The position numbers and the translations under genes were made by a program. The notes under the pieces were generated by a model, which saw only the letters and a program-made list of their open reading frames with translations, ran no database searches and was not told the DNA's origin. A stretch of DNA of 64,000 nucleotides, from positions 198,524,001 through 198,588,000 of the forward strand of contig NC_042998.1 in the NCBI RefSeq assembly GCF_006345805.1. Direction: 5' to 3'. Position 1 is the stretch's first letter. The number at the start of each line of letters is the position of its first letter. Shown here one piece after another: positions 26,159-37,460 of this stretch. This DNA is from Octopus sinensis (Eukaryota).

Positions 26159-26225
26159 ATAATAAGAACAATAACAACAATAACAGCAACATCACCACCA
26201 CCACCACCAGCACCAAAGCCGCCAT
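25630..26225. repeat. Compound trinucleotide microsatellite (ACC/TCC/ATC/ACT/AAC)
   Basis: Direct inspection. Confidence 0.92.
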
Positions 26226-26799
26226 CCACCATCTTTTACGTTTTATCTTTTACCGGTTTCAGTCATTGGACTGCGGCCATGTTGGGGCATCGCTTTGAAG
26301 AGTTTAGTCGAAATCGACTCCAGGACAAATTTTCTTAAAGACTGATACTCATTCTATAAATAAATAAATAATAATCATAATAAATAAATTTATTAATCCA
26401 ATTTACATCGAATATTTTTTTTTATCGATTACAATAAAACAGAGACTATAAATGTGTTTGGTTCAACGGAAGGTGGGTTTTTAATGATGTTTTGAAATTT
26501 TACAACGAAAAATGTTTTTTAGCTTTAGTGGTAAAATGTTATTCTATATGTTAATACTGTTATAAATAAAGCTTTTTTTTTAACAAATTGATAATCGACT
26601 CGACAAATGGGCGTTTCAAAATTCATAACAACCATTCAATCTTGTTTGGTAGTTTTGAAAGAGAGAATGGCGACGGATAATTTCATAGAAATAAGTATGG
26701 TGGTGATGATGAAATACTTTGTGGAACTTGATAGCAGAGTTGTGTGTGTATATATATAGCTTTTTTTAAATAATTTTGATATATATTTAAAATAATATA

Positions 26800-26959
26800 A
26801 ATTAATTAATCTTATGTATTGGCTTATGTTTTTCATTGTATGATTTGCCTAATAGTGGTTTTATCTCTAATTTAGTATAATATAATATTTTACTATAAAA
26901 TTGGATTCAATCCTAAATCTGATTTTTCCCTGTAAGTTTGGATTTATTCCCTAATATTT

Positions 26960-27032
<73 letters not shown>

Positions 27033-27127
27033 TAAATTAGAGATAAAACCACTATTAAACTTTTAATACTTTTGATATTTATATTAAAAATAATAAATTA
27101 ATAAATAAATAATATATAAATATAAAA

Positions 27128-27189
<62 letters not shown>

Positions 27190-27412
27190 TTAAAATTTAT
27201 AAGTTTAAATTATTTAAATAATTTTTTAAGTTTTAACTTTTATATTTTTAAATTAATTTTATGTATTGGCTTATGTTTTTCACTGTTTGATTTGCCTAAT
27301 AGTGGTTTTATCTCTAATATAAATAATATATAATATAATATATTTATACTATAAAATCGGATTTAATCCTAAATCTAATTTTTCCCTGTAAGTTTGGATT
27401 TATTCCCTATAT
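26800..27412. repeat. Duplicated ~160-bp AT-rich repeat plus a short inverted fragment, embedded in (TA)n
   Basis: 26803-26960 recurs at about 27250-27410; inverted fragment aaattagagataaaaccactatta at about 27034. Confidence 0.75.
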
Positions 27413-27421
27413 TATATATAT

Positions 27422-27453
<32 letters not shown>

Positions 27454-27489
27454 AATGGAGTTTAACGCAGGTGTAATTCGAATACTTTT

Positions 27490-27577
27490 ACTTCCGACAC
27501 ATGTTTCGAAGATATCACTGATATTATTCCAAAGGAATAAATGGTGTAAAACAATGTAATCTTCTCTTCAGGGAAGT
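27490..27577 (-). ncRNA. Type I hammerhead ribozyme
   Basis: Minus strand: acttcc-CTGAAGA-gaagat[long loop]atcttc-GAAA-CATGT-GTC-ggaagt. Catalytic core intact, 6-bp stem I, 6-bp stem II, palindromic ACATGT stem III, GUC cleavage triplet. Confidence 0.8.
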
Positions 27578-27914
27578 GAAGAAATGAAACTTGTCAATAA
27601 GACATTTTAACAGAAAATGATGGATATTTGAATTATACATGCGTTAAACTCCATTTATTTATTTATATATTATACAAAAAAACTTCACGTAAACATGAAG
27701 TTTCTACCTTTAAAAACAAGGAGTTACAACCTTTTTACTTGTGTGATTTTTTTGCTACCCTGATAACTATTTATCTGTTTTTTCCGTGTTAATTGTTAAC
27801 AAGGGAAAAATACACACATCTACTTACATATATATATTCAAAATGTGACCGCCTGTGTACCGTTGGCGATTTTTTTTCTCCGTCTTCCCTTCTCTGGATC
27901 TTTCCTTTTCCTAT

Positions 27915-27949
27915 GTTTCTGACGAAGAGCTCCGCTCGAAACGTTAAAC
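27915..27949 (+). ncRNA. Minimal type I hammerhead ribozyme (Penelope-type)
   Basis: gttt-CTGACGA-agagc tcc gctc-GAAAC-GTT-aaac; core intact, loopless palindromic ACGT stem III. Confidence 0.7.
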
Positions 27950-28850
27950 CCTCCTTCTTCCCTTCCTTCCTGAGTGTCCAATAATACTATATTTGTTCCA
28001 CGTCCTCGCGTTGTGTTTTCTCTTTGTGTTTTCATGTTTGGATTAACTTTATATATATATATATATATATATATAAAACTATAAATAAGGGTATCTGAGA
28101 GATACCACCATACTGAAATAGCAGTCAAAACCCCCGACCTTGTATGGTATTTATTCCCATGCTGGCCACTTGATAAGATCGATATTTAAATATCGATATT
28201 ATCCTTATATATATTATTAAACGAAAGTAATTTTGATTGAGGATTATTTATTTTGAGAGTCTTTCATGACTTTTGACTGGCATGATTGAATAATTGAACT
28301 TTGCAATTTCTCCAGGCAGCAACACAGTAAGAGAATTTTGAGTATATTAAAGAATAATAATGAGTGATTCTAACGTTTTCGGGAAGATGGTAAGGAATTC
28401 TATTAAACATACCAAGAATACGGGAATTTTGTTTTAATAAATTGCTTATATGTATTTTGAAATTGAGGGACTCATCGATATGAATGCCGGTGAAATTGCT
28501 TTATCTGCGATGAAGACATTACGAAGAAACTGTTTGAACTGTTTGAAAAGCATGCAGCGGGGTTTTTTTTTATAGTAAGAGTAAGCCGATTAGCGATAAG
28601 CCACTGATAAACCTTGTCCCGTTCTGAATTAAATTGAATAGGGAAGGAAGGTTCTGGCGACTAATAAAAATAGTAGGGTCATCAGCAAAATGTAGAAGAT
28701 ATGATAAATTAGTATAATTGCACATATCATTTATATAGATAAGGAACAGTAATGGGCTCACTATGGACCCCTAGGGGACTCCTAGCTTTATAGTGGGTAA
28801 TGGTGATTTTGATGTTTCAACAGAAACATACTGTTTACGCTGTGAGGCGT

Positions 28851-29308
28851 ATACTCTTTTACTCTTTTACTCTTTTACTTGTTTCAGTCATTTGACTGCG
28901 GCCATGCTGGAGCACCGCCTTTAATCGAGGAACTTGACCCCGGGACTTATTCTTTTGTAAGCCCAGTACTTATTCTATCGGTCTCTTTTGCCGAACCGCT
29001 AAGTAACGGGGACACGAACACACCAGACGAACACAGACACACAAACATACACACACACACACATATATATATACATATATACGACGGGCTTCTATCAGTT
29101 TCCGTCTACCAAATCCACTCACAAGGCTTTGGTTGGCCCGAGGCTATAGTAGAAGACACTTGCCCAAGGTGCCACGCAGTGGGACTGAACCCGGAACCAT
29201 GTGGTTGGTTAGCAATCTACTTACCACACAGCCACTCCTAGTGGGACTGAACCCAGAACCATGTGGTTGGTAAACAAGCTACTTACCACACAGCCACTCC
29301 TGCGCCTG
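28851..29308 (-). mobile_element. SINE family A with a tandemly duplicated tRNA head
   Basis: The ~62-nt head occurs twice (about 29178-29239 and 29240-29301). Confidence 0.85.
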
Positions 29309-29562
29309 ATCTAAACCAATTGTTAGGAACTCCACGTATTCCTATATGCCTAAGTTTGGCCAACAATATATCTGAATGTACGGAACCGAACACTTTACTG
29401 ATATCTAAGTGAAGTGTAAGGAAATATTTAGAGATGTTTAGTGAACGGTAGGCAAGATCTAGAAATTCAAGGATTGCATCAGCCGCACTCAAGTTTTCTC
29501 TAAAGCCAAACTGGTGATTCGATAGTATTTTGTTAAGACTGGGAAATGACTGTAGTCCTTTG

Positions 29563-29975
29563 TACTCTTTACTCTTTTACTTGTTTCAGTCATTTGACTG
29601 CGGCCATGCTGGAGCACCGCATTTATTCGAGCAAATCGACCTCGGGACTTATTCTTTGTAAGCCCAGTACTTATTCTATCGGTCTCTTTTGCCGAACCGC
29701 TAGGTGACGGGAACGTAAACACACCAGCATCGGTTGTCAAGCAATGCTAGGGGGACAAACACAGACACACAAACATAAACACACACACTTATATATATAT
29801 ATACATATATACAACAGGCTTCTTTCAGTTTCCGTCTACCAAATCCACTCACAAGGCATTGGTCGGCCCGGGGCTATAGCAGAAGACACTTGCCCAAGAT
29901 GCCACGCAGTGGGACTGAACCCGGAACCATGTTTTTGGTTAGCAAGCTACTTACCACACAGCCACTCCTGCGCCT
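29563..29975 (-). mobile_element. SINE family A
   Basis: Full-length match to the family A sequence. Confidence 0.9.
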
Positions 29976-30197
29976 TTGTACATAAATTTTTTCAAAAATC
30001 TTCGAGAGAGCAGAGAGGACAGATATAGGTTTGTAGTTACTTTACACCTGTTTCATTGAGTGGAATGACACGCACCGTTTTTAGGCAATCAGAGAATACG
30101 CCTTGTACAATTGATTAAGAAAAAGAGCATTGCAATAGGTAAGTGGATTACGTCAACAGTCTGTTTGTAAATATATGAAGGGATATTTTCATTTGAG

Positions 30198-30312
30198 TCT
30201 ATCGGTCTCTTTTGCCGAACCGCGCAAAGTTACGAGGACGTAAACAAACCAACGCCGGTTCTCAAGCAGTGGCGGGTGACAAATATAACGCGCACGCACG
30301 CACACAATCACA

Positions 30313-30361
<49 letters not shown>

Positions 30362-30497
30362 ACACACACACGACGGACTTCTTTCAGTTCCGTCTATCAA
30401 AATCCACTCTCAAGTCTTTGGTCGGTTCGGGGAATTGAACCCAAGACAACGTGGTTGGAAGGTAGGCTTCTTAACCACACAGTCATGTCTGGGCCTA
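30198..30497 (-). mobile_element. Diverged SINE family A
   Basis: Partial homology with an internal (CA)n tract. Confidence 0.7.
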
Positions 30498-30809
30498 TGG
30501 CAAAAAAAAAAGGAAAAAGGAAAAATTAAATAAAAACAAAACAGATTAGAAGATCATGAGTGGATTGTCATTGGCTCAAGTCACTCTCACCTTCAGTGTC
30601 ATTCTAAGGATAACCGGGTCAGATCAATTCTGACCTGTAGGTCACTATGAAATTACTCCATCACTCTAATCTAAATAGCATCTAAATCTTTCTTTAGCTA
30701 CCTCCACAAACATCGTCATCACTACCACCACTTCCACCACCACCACGCAACCAACTTTTCGTTCACGCTACCGCCACAGCTACAGCTATACTACTTAAAC
30801 CAGCCATCA

Positions 30810-31050
30810 AAATACCTATTTCTTTACTACCCACAAGGAGCTAAACACAGATAGGACAAACAAGGATAGACAAACGGATTAAGTCGATTATATCGACCCC
30901 AGTGCGTAACTGGTACTTATTTAATCGACCCCGAAACGATGAAAGGCAAAGTCGACCTGGGCGGAATTTGAACTCAGAACTCTAACGGCAGACGAAATAC
31001 CGCTAAGCATCTCGTCCGATGTGCCAACAATTCTGCCAGCTCACCACCTT
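30810..31050 (-). mobile_element. SINE family B
   Basis: Head plus one unit, running a few bases into the multimer junction sequence. Confidence 0.85.
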
Positions 31051-31297
31051 TCAAATTACCGTCTAAACCTATACACGACAACGACGACAACCACGACGAC
31101 GACGACCACCACCACCACAACCACCACCATCGCCGCCACCACCGCCGCCGCCGTCACCACCACCACCACCACCACTACCACCACCACCGCCACCACCACC
31201 ACCACCACCACCACATCCATTTACCAATGCATTATATATTATCTCATTAGTGCCGCTGCACCTTTGCATCGGATCTGTATCACTGTCGCACCTGCTG

Positions 31298-31545
31298 TCT
31301 CACTTACAAGCATAATCAGAAAATATACGTCACTAAGAAACAACTAATTCAGAGAGGAAATTCTTCCTCATGTACGAAGACAAGGTTGTTTCTCGAAAGA
31401 CGAGAAAAGCATTACTTAGAAAGGAAATTCTCTGAGAGTTATGAAAACATACGTCATGAAAATGGTTTGGTTTAAAAGGAATTTCCCGGAAGTCGGAAAG
31501 TTCACTCGAAAGTTCACTTGAGAGACAGCTGAAAAAACTCGACAG
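31298..31545. promoter_or_regulatory. Candidate NF-kB/CRE/STAT motif module, copy 2
   Basis: TACGTCA at 31326 and 31450; GGAAATTCTT 31356, GGAAATTCTC 31423, GGAATTTCCC 31478 (reverse complement of canonical GGGAAATTCC); overlapping GAS site TTCCCGGAA at 31483. Confidence 0.45.
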
Positions 31546-31697
31546 CCACTTAACAACGAAGAGAGCATTACGCTTCGGCTTACATTACCTTATTCTATTT
31601 GCTGTACATAAAACTACTTCAGCTGACATCGCCTTACAATATATCACACGAGGAGTTTCCACCTGCATACAAAGCGTAAATTTTAGAAATTGAGTTG

Positions 31698-31761
<64 letters not shown>

Positions 31762-31993
31762 TGCAGGAGTGGCTGTGTGGTAAGCCATGGTTTCGGGTTC
31801 AGTCCCACTGCGTGGCACCTTGGGCAAGTGTTTTCTACTATAGCCTCAGGCCGAATAAAACCTTGTGAGTGTATTTGGTAGACGGAAACTGAAAAACGCC
31901 GGTCGTATGTGTATATGTATACATATAAGAATTTTTGCGTAATGAGATAAAAAACCAAGGCTGTATAGATATTAGAGCATTTATAGATAAAAG

Positions 31994-32044
31994 GCCTTAC
32001 AGCTGTTTCTAGGATATTAATTATAATATCCCTTCATCGGAGAC
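31994..32044 (-). ncRNA. Type I hammerhead ribozyme, CCGAUGA core variant
   Basis: Minus strand: gtct-CCGATGA-agggatatt ataatt aatatccta-GAAAC-AGCT-GTA-aggc. Stems I and II pair and stem III is palindromic (ACAGCTGT). Confidence 0.6.
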
Positions 32045-32151
32045 GGCGTGAGAGGAAAAAATTAAGCCATAGTTTAGATGTGATATAAGTTAAGCTTGAG
32101 TAATGGATAAACAATTCTTTGGTCTCAATGACACTATTATCGCTTATATAT

Positions 32152-32210
<59 letters not shown>

Positions 32211-32473
32211 ATATTATGTATGTGTGTTTTTGTGTTTGTCCTGCCCCATTGCTTGACAACCGATGTTGGTGTGTTTACGTCCCTAGAATAAGTAAAGTAC
32301 TAGGCTTACAAAGAATAAGTCCGGGGGTCGATTTGTTCAACTAGGCGGTGCCCCAACAAGTGACTAAAACAAGTAAAAGAATAAAAGACTATGTGTGTGT
32401 GTGTATGAGTGTGTGTGTGTGTGTGCGTGTGTGTGTGTGTTTATGCGAGTGTGTGTGTATGTGTACATACGTG

Positions 32474-32534
<61 letters not shown>

Positions 32535-32959
32535 TACTTCTTTCAGTCATTTGATTGTGGCCATGCCAGAGCACCGCCTTGGAAGGTTTTAGTTGAACGA
32601 ATCAATTCCAGGACTTATTTTTTAAAGCCTAGTACTTATTCTATCGATCATCTTTGCTGAACCGCTAAGTTAAGGGGAGTAAACATACCAACACCGGTCG
32701 TCACACGGACACAATGATTCACATACATAGATATATACATATATCATAATGCTGGCAGAATCGTTAGTCCCATCCCCTGGTGAAATACCGACCAGCGTTT
32801 CATCTGTCTTTATGTTCTGAGTTCAAATTCCACCAAGGTCGACTTTGCTTTTCATCCTTTTGGGGCCGAAGAAATAGGTAGCAGTTAAACACTGGAGTCA
32901 ATGTAATCGACAAGCACCCCCTACCAAATTTCAAGCCTTGTGACTATAGTAGAAAGGAT

Positions 32960-32991
<32 letters not shown>

Positions 32992-34109
32992 TATATATAT
33001 ATTACAGGGTAATGTTTTTTTAATATTCTCCGTTTATACGGATTATCTTATTTGCGGTATATAAGCTTTGGCTGTTATTTCTAGTGGGTGTGGCCTATTA
33101 TGGCCGTTCCTTAATTGTTAACTATATATATATTTTATATATATTTCAGGATTCAAGCGAATCAGAAACATCTATAAACTGAACACAATCTATCTGTTGT
33201 TATTTGTTGATATATATATATATATATATATATCTATATATATATATTATATATATAATATAATATGTATGTATGTATGTATGTCTGTATGTATGTATGT
33301 ATGTATGTATGTAGTATGTATTTGTGTGTGTGTGTGTGCTTGTATGTATATACATATGTATTATAATGTGAAATAGTAGAGCTAATATTTACACCCAGTT
33401 AAACCATCGGATGTTCTGTTAGAACAAACTATACTGCGATAGTTACCACGAGAGAAACCCTCATATTCATATTTGGTGCAAAACGCGCTCTGGTTTATAT
33501 CCCTAGCAAGGAGATAAATCCCCGTCATCTACAGTGACGACCCCCACCAGAGACCACCAGATTACGCGATTTCGGCCTTCCTTGGTCTTGTCAATGATGG
33601 ACAATCGACCGCTAGAGATAGCTAATAATTACATTTGCATGCATTTTATTGTGGTTTTGTTATGCGCGTAATTCCTGGTCTGTGGTAGGAAATAGATGAG
33701 GAGACCAGTGCCTTACACCAAATTATACCGGGTAACATCAATTTACATAACTTTGTATCATATATTATTACTTCCCTTTACAGTACCTTACATGACCTTA
33801 AACTGTCATACATTACCTTACCTAATTGTTCAATCATCGCAAGGTGAATAGATGTTGGCAATGGGCATAAGAGATTGTAGTATGTGAGTATCGCGTGAAA
33901 GACTGAAGACGTGCGCGCGTACGTATGTTTCATGTATGCAGTCTGACGATGTCTTAACTGGCCGAAACTTTGTAGTCATTATCAATAATATCTTCTAAGA
34001 ATAATAAATGTGTATTCTAAAAAAGTATATAGTAAACCTATCAAATTAATGTAAAATTGTTTCGTTATTGTAACTGAACATAAACACACACCACACACAC
34101 ACACACACG

Positions 34110-34360
34110 CACACGCGTATATATACGACGGGCTTCTTTCAGTTTTTGTCAACTCACTCCTTCTCTGTTCAACACATTTAATTCAGAACGGGACAAGGTT
34201 TATCAGTGGCTTATCGCTAATCAGCTTACCCTTAACCCACTCCCTCACAAGACTTTGGTCAGCCCGATGCTATAGTCGAAGACACCTGACCAGGGTGCCA
34301 CGCAGTGGAACTGAACTCGGAACCATGTAGTTGGGAAGTATGCTTCTTACCATACAGCTA
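34110..34360 (-). mobile_element. Diverged SINE family A carrying an internal LINE-derived patch
   Basis: Family A homology is interrupted at about 34155-34235. Confidence 0.7.
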
Positions 34361-34371
34361 CGTCCCTTTCC

Positions 34372-34455
<84 letters not shown>

Positions 34456-35009
34456 GAACAGAATCAAGTGAGGGAGAAGTTTGAGGTGGGAACAAGGTGT
34501 GATAATGTGTTGGTGTTATGATTGAGGCGAAATACTATATTTGTGGTAGGAAAAAGCATCAACGCGCGTGGGTTTGCGGTGGACAGATGGGAAAGAGGTG
34601 GCGTCATATATATGTGTGGACGTATAATAATGTATGTATATGTGTGTGAGAGAGAGAGAGAAAGAATGAAAGAGTGAGAAAAGAGAAAAGGGGACGGAGG
34701 AGGAGAAAGAGGGAGAAGGAAGTGAAAGGTGGGTAGGAGCAAGTGAATTGGACATTGCTATCAAACTCTACGTAAGTGGAAGATTAGCTATTGTTTCCAA
34801 CGTAACCAGGAAATAACAGAGCCGTGGTGCTGTACAGATCTGCAAGCACCAATATGAAGGTAGGACTTAACAAGGAGAAATGAAACCGTGGGATACTGGC
34901 ACGTGAAAATCCGTGCTACAAGTTCGTATACCACCACCTCTACAACGTGTGGCCACTCTAGTATCTACGCCACCGCCACCATATTGCATTATTAACCCAT
35001 CCCATCCAA

Positions 35010-35457
35010 AGGCGGCGAACTGGCAGAATCGTTAGCACGACGGACGAAATGCTTAGCCATACTTCGTCTGCTGTTACGTTCTGAGTTCAAATTCCGCCAA
35101 GGTCGACTTTGCTTTTCATCCATTCGGTGTCGATTAAATAAGTACCAGTTGCGCACTGGGGTCCATATAATCAACTTAATCCCTTTGTCTGTCCTTGTTT
35201 GTCCCCTCTATGTTTAGCCCTTTGTGGGCAATAAAGAAATAAGAATCGTTAACACGGTGGACAAAATGCCTCGCGTCATTTCTTCTGGCCTTACGATCTG
35301 AGTTCAAATTCCGCTAAGGTTAACTTTGCTTCACATCCTTGCGGGTTCGATGAAATAAGTACTAGGTGAGTATTGGGGGTCGATATAATGGACTAGCCCT
35401 CACCCCTATCCTCCCCCAAATTTCGTATCCTGAGCCTATAGTAGAAAGGATTATTAT
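35010..35457 (+). mobile_element. SINE family B heterodimer (second unit diverged, alternative tail)
   Basis: The second unit restarts at agaatcgttaac and ends ...cctatagtagaaaggattatta. Confidence 0.8.
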
Positions 35458-35599
35458 CTTACTCCAACAATATCATCCCCTTTGCCCCTTGTCACTCTGA
35501 CTGCACCCCAGTATTTTAGGATCACCAGTGGGGTGACGTTGAATGTAGATCTGTTGTATCATGGATGAGTTGGGGTTTAGCAATACACGACACTTCCTT

Positions 35600-36430
35600 C
35601 CTTACACTTTACATCAACATTACCAACACCACCGCCACCACCACCACCACTACCACCTCCCCACAGCCATCGCACTACAAATGCATCAGACTATTACAAA
35701 CCCCTACACCACCACCACCACCACTGCCAACTTCACCACCACCATCACCACCACCTCCACCTCCACCACCATCACAACCACCACCACCACCACTAAGACC
35801 ACCACCACCACACCACCACCATCACCTCCATCACCACTAAGACCACCATTACCACCACCACCTTCACCACCACCATCACCACCACCTCCACCACCACTAA
35901 GACCACCACCACCACCACATCACTGCCTCCGCTACCACCCAAATGTCTACACCACTACAATCATTCACGGTCAGACGGTACTTTGCCTGTACGCAACCAT
36001 CACAGAGACTACACTATGACCCTAGCCCTTACACCACCGCCACCACCAGCATCACCAGCCCCAGCCCCAGCACCATCACCACCAGCAGCAGCACCACCAC
36101 CGCCACCGTTACCATTACATCACCATCACACTACTACAGTACCAATATACTTATTTCTTTACTGCCCACAAGGGGCTAAACACAGAGAGGACAAACAAGG
36201 GCAGACAAACGGATTAAGTCGATTATATCGACCCCAGTGCGTAACTGGTACTTATTTCATCGACCCCGAAAGGATGAAAGGCAAAGTCGACCTCGGCGGA
36301 ATTTGAACTCAGAACGTAACGGCAGACAAAATACCAATATACTCAGTACCAATATACTGCACTACCATACTAGTCTCGGCATCACCATTATCTGACCACC
36401 ACCACCACCACATTATACTACCACCCATAC
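35600..36430. repeat. (ACC)n low-complexity tract containing a headless SINE B unit (36150-36337, minus strand)
   Basis: Direct inspection. Confidence 0.85.
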
Positions 36431-36574
36431 GTCACTATATTTCCATCGTGCGACGGTTTAACGTATTGTGACGTCACCGCATCAGGTACTTCCGTTTGCC
36501 GTCATCATTGATGTAAGATTTGGATTGTTTACGTGAAAGCTGGAATCATTAGTTCGAGTATGACAGGAAATGGA

Positions 36575-36859
36575 GGGAGCCAGATGGAGAGAGGGGGGGA
36601 AGAGGAAGAATGAGAATGAGGGAGAGAGGGAGAGAAGGAGGGAGGGAGATGGATAGAAAGAGAGAGAGAGAGAGGGAGAGGGAGAGTGAAGAGCAGAAGA
36701 AGTAGAGAGAACAAAGTGAGAGGGGCACGGGTAGAAGGTTGTGAAAGCAGAGACAGAAAAGGGAAGAGAGAGATTGAAAGGGAGAGTAAGAGAGAGAGAG
36801 AGAGATATATGGAAGAAATGATGAAGAATGTGAGAGGAAGCTGGGGACATATGTATGTA

Positions 36860-36898
<39 letters not shown>

Positions 36899-37280
36899 AT
36901 ATATATATATATGGGGAAAGAAAAGAGAAGGAGAGAGAGAAAGAGACAGATAAAAAAAGAGCGAGAGAGAGAAGGAGAGTGAGAGAAAGAGAGAGAGAGA
37001 TGGAGAGAGGAAGGCTGATTAGTAAGGGAGAGTAAAGAAGGAAAGAATGATAGACAAAGAAAGGAAAGGAGAGAAAGGAGAGAAAAATTACAATAGGATG
37101 GCTTAAAAGAAAGTGAGAGGGTAAGCGTGGAAGAGAGAGAGAGAGTGAGAGAAGGAGAGAAAGAGGGAGTGAATGAGAGAGAGAAGGAGAGCGAGAGGAG
37201 TGAGTGAGAGAGAGAAGGAGAGCGAGAGGAGTGAGTGAGAGAGAGAGAGAAAGAAAGAGAGATGGAGGAGGAGGAAGATG
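36575..37280. repeat. (GA)n purine-rich tract with (TA)n
   Basis: Direct inspection. Confidence 0.9.
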
Positions 37281-37460
37281 TATCTATATATCACCTGCAC
37301 ATTCACATACATTTTCCATAAAACCAGTAAAATGAAGATAAAAGAAAGAGAAGGAAGCGAGGAATCACATGGTGTTTGCGTCGGTAACCTCGAACCGTTT
37401 CAGACTGAACCATAGTACATAGCGCGCACGCAGACACACACACACACACAAATATACATA

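Larger units (their letters stand above)
28130..30185 (-). mobile_element. Degenerate CR1/L2-group LINE RT region, split by two SINE A insertions
   Basis: NYKPI..L..LSKIFEK, LDISKVFGSVHSDILLAKL...GIRG, GVP*GSIVSPLLFLIYIND, FADD. Confidence 0.8.

Noticed and set aside
22573-26232. Pro/Ser/His/Thr-rich and CVCV/YIYI ORFs
   Set aside because: Translations of microsatellites; no domain content.
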